From Cycas panzhihuaensis (lineage: Eukaryota > Plantae > Cycadophyta): DNA of 64,000 nt. Under the pieces are notes generated by a model that saw only the letters and a program-made list of their open reading frames with translations, was not told the origin of the DNA and ran no database searches. The stretch covers positions 124,937,741 through 125,001,740 of the forward strand of contig CM041465.1 in the NCBI GenBank assembly GCA_023213395.1. Reading direction: 5' to 3'. Both the position numbers and the translations under genes were made by a program. Within the stretch, counting starts at the first letter, position 1, and each line of letters begins with the position of its first letter. Shown here one piece after another: positions 61,262-64,000 of the stretch.

Positions 61262-64000
61262 CAAGTTGCCGATAGAGTGTCGTGTCTTCCTCTCGAGTGT
61301 CTTCATCAGGAAGTTTGACATTGGGCTCCATTGGAGTAGACATTGTTCTGGCGTCTTCTAATCGGAACTTGATTAGAAGATCGTTGATATATTTTTCTTG
61401 GAAGAGAGATTTTTACATTGTATTGAATTACCTCAATTCCCAAGTAATATCTCATTAGTTCAAGGTCAGACAATTCGAAGGATTTTGACAAGTCCATCTT
61501 TAATTTGTTGATATCCTGCTCATTGTTTTCAATTATCAACATGTCGTCCACAAAGATCAGGAGCTATATGACTTTGCCTTTTTCTCTCTTGATGAACAAA
61601 GTTGCATCAACGTTTTGATAGTCACATACCTCATAAGCAAATTGCCTCATTTGGTTGGACAACTTGGTGAACCAAGCATGAGGGGCTTGTTTTAGGCCAT
61701 ATAGCGGCATTTTCGATGCACTGCGTTACGCTCTGTCCTGCTATCTCAAAGCCTTTAGGTTGTGTCATGAAGATTTTTCCTTCCAAATCTCCATTGAGAA
61801 AAGCAATTTTCACATCAAGTTGGTGGATTTTCCAACCCTGTTGAACAGACAATTCCACAAATGCTCTGATTGTGGACCATTTGGTAGTTGGTGTGAAGAC
61901 CTTTGTGTAGTCGATGCCTTCCCTTTGGGTGAATCCTTTTGTGACCAACCTCGCATTGTGTTTTTCAAGTGTGTCGTCTGGTCTGTATTTATTTTTGAAC
62001 ACCCATTTGTTTCTGACTACCTTCCTTCCCAAAGGTAGATCAATGAGCTCCCATGTACCATTCTTGATCAAGGATTGGTATTCCTCATTCATGGCATTTC
62101 TCCAAACTGTGTTTCATAGCTTCTTGGTATGATAGAGGCTCGCCATTTGAAGCAAGGTGCAATTCAGCTGGTTCGAGCTCTGTGGGAAGTGATGTTTGCT
62201 CCCTTGCTCTGTAGGTACCGCTTCGAGTGGTAGTTTTGCCTACCTCATCAGATCTCAAGTCTTTGTGCAACCGGTAGGCTTCTCAAAAACCTTTGGTTGG
62301 GAATGAGGTTCTCATTTCCACAACATCCTAGTTTTTATTTTGATCCTGAAAAGGATCGTGGGAGATGTATGGTCTAGAGGTCGATGACATTGTTGGAGAA
62401 GATGACCCTGCAACTAAAAGTGGTGAAGGTGGTTCTTCTGCAGCTCATTTTCCTTTTGATGTTTGACGTGGTGATTCTTGGCTACTCTCCCAAGATGGCG
62501 TTGGATTGGCGCACATTGGCACAGGATATAAGTCAAGGATAGTGTCCTCTGGGGCTCTATTGTCAGATTCCAAAATTTTGAATATTTCTTCAATGTCTAC
62601 CCCCCCAAATGTTGGAATTTGTACATCATATTCCTGGACATTATTGTATCTATAAGATGGTGCTTTAGAATCAATCCAAAGTAGTTGATCCTCTGTCTCT
62701 GCAAACACCACATCTCTAATGATAATGATCTTCTTTAATGTTGGAATGAAGACCTTGTACCCTTTCTTGTTCATGGGGTACCCAACAAAGATGCTCTTAA
62801 AGCTCGCGGTTGGAACTTATTTCTGTGCTCAACAAAAATGTGAGCATAACAAGTAGAAACGAGAATTTTGAAGTGATGGATGGTGGGGGTCCATCCAGTC
62901 CATCGTTCATTTGGAGACAGGCTGAGCTTCGATGGACTAATGTTGTTCATGCAGTAGACTACAGTATAAATAACTTCGGCCCAAAGATATGCAGGTACAT
63001 TCTTGAAAACGAGCATAGCCTGTGCCATATTCATTATGGTTTTGTTAGTCCTTTCAGCAATGCCATTCACTTACAATAGTTGTTTGATGCTTGATCCCCT
63101 GGTGATGTAAGAAGTCTTCAAATTTATTTGAAGTCTATTCGCCACTATTGTCTGTCCTGAAATGCTTCAGCTAATATCCGAACTCCTCTGTGAGAGTCTT
63201 GAATGCCTTGAATACTGTGAATGCTTCATCTTTTGATTTGAGAAAGGTCACCCATTACTTTCGAGTGAATTCATTAATAAATATAATGTAGTACCTCTTC
63301 CCTGTGAGAGAAGGGATAGGCATAGGCCCACAGATGTCTGAGTGTACAAATTCAAGAGGCTGACTGGCTTTCCACTGACTCTGGGGAAATGGTTGTCGAT
63401 GGGATTTGGCAATAATGCAAGATTCACATTTGAACGACTTAGAGGAAAATCTAGGCAGACCTGAAGCAGAATAGGAGATTTCTTTAAGTTGATCAAGTTT
63501 GACATGCCCCATGCGAGCATGCCAGAGAGCATTTGGGGACAGCTTGGAATGAGTCAAGGTGACATTATATGCAAGTTCTTCTTCGACACAGATGGGGGTA
63601 GTAACTTGGTATGTAAAAGAAGACAGCGTGGTTCCAGTTAGTCTAAATAGCTTACCTTCAAGTTTCTCAGTCATCACCACAAAACATGGAGGCAGGTGAA
63701 TAACACGAAAAACTTGATCATTAGCTGTGACACTCAGGTCGAATCCACAGGAGACAAGTGTGGATAGCGACAAAAGGTTTTGTTTGAGATGGGGTATATA
63801 CAAAACATCTTTTAAAGTAAACTCGGGCAGACCTGGGAGCTTTAGACATATGGAGCCCATGCCTTGAATAGGCTGTGTCGACTTATCGACCATGTGTACT
63901 ACTCCGGTGACCTCTAAATCAAAATCCTGGAAGAAGTCACGATAACAGGTCATGTGTTAGGTAGCTCCTATGTCCATAACCCAGTCTGATGATGATGTTG
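61262..64000 (-). pseudogene. pol: Ty1/copia PR-INT-RT (element J), running off the window and truncated after RT motif YRQL
   Basis: DWVMDIGAT*HMT; LWHARMGH...CESCIIAKSHR...HSDICGP (63255-63953); NGIAERTNKT; EEYQSLIKNGTWEL...QLDVKIAFLNGDL (61631-62092); VDDML; PMEPN...LYRQL, then an abrupt break. Confidence 0.92.

Overview
AT-rich plant nuclear DNA, gymnosperm-like by inference (large TE-filled intron, old nested LTR retrotransposons with heavy C>T/G>A decay). Most of the window is decayed or nested LTR elements. Ty3/gypsy chromoviruses: 1-1177 (remnant), 4057-9560 and 35839-41970. Ty1/copia: 28905-34922, 52442-58227 and 61262-64000. Pol-less non-autonomous elements: 1336-10836, ~15275-18629, 28029-43904 and 47582-51688. 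There is also a TRIM, an Athila/Tat-type 5' end and a hAT transposase relic. The 3' end of an unidentified host gene lies on the minus strand: last coding exon 46544-46648, a candidate 41-nt exon at 51829-51869 and a downstream exon starting at 44441. Main finding: the TSD-flanked non-autonomous copia derivative at 47582-51688, inside this gene's intron, carries sense-oriented host gene fragments between its PBS and gag. These are a DUF538 gene fragment and an intron-less GRP7/8-type RRM, plus unidentified blocks, making it a Bs1-like gene-capturing element. The neighbouring copia (52442-58227) shows two apparent double-strand-break repair footprints: an iterated templated filler at its internal deletion, and an 88-bp flank duplication. 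All alignments and counts were done by eye; no databases were searched.
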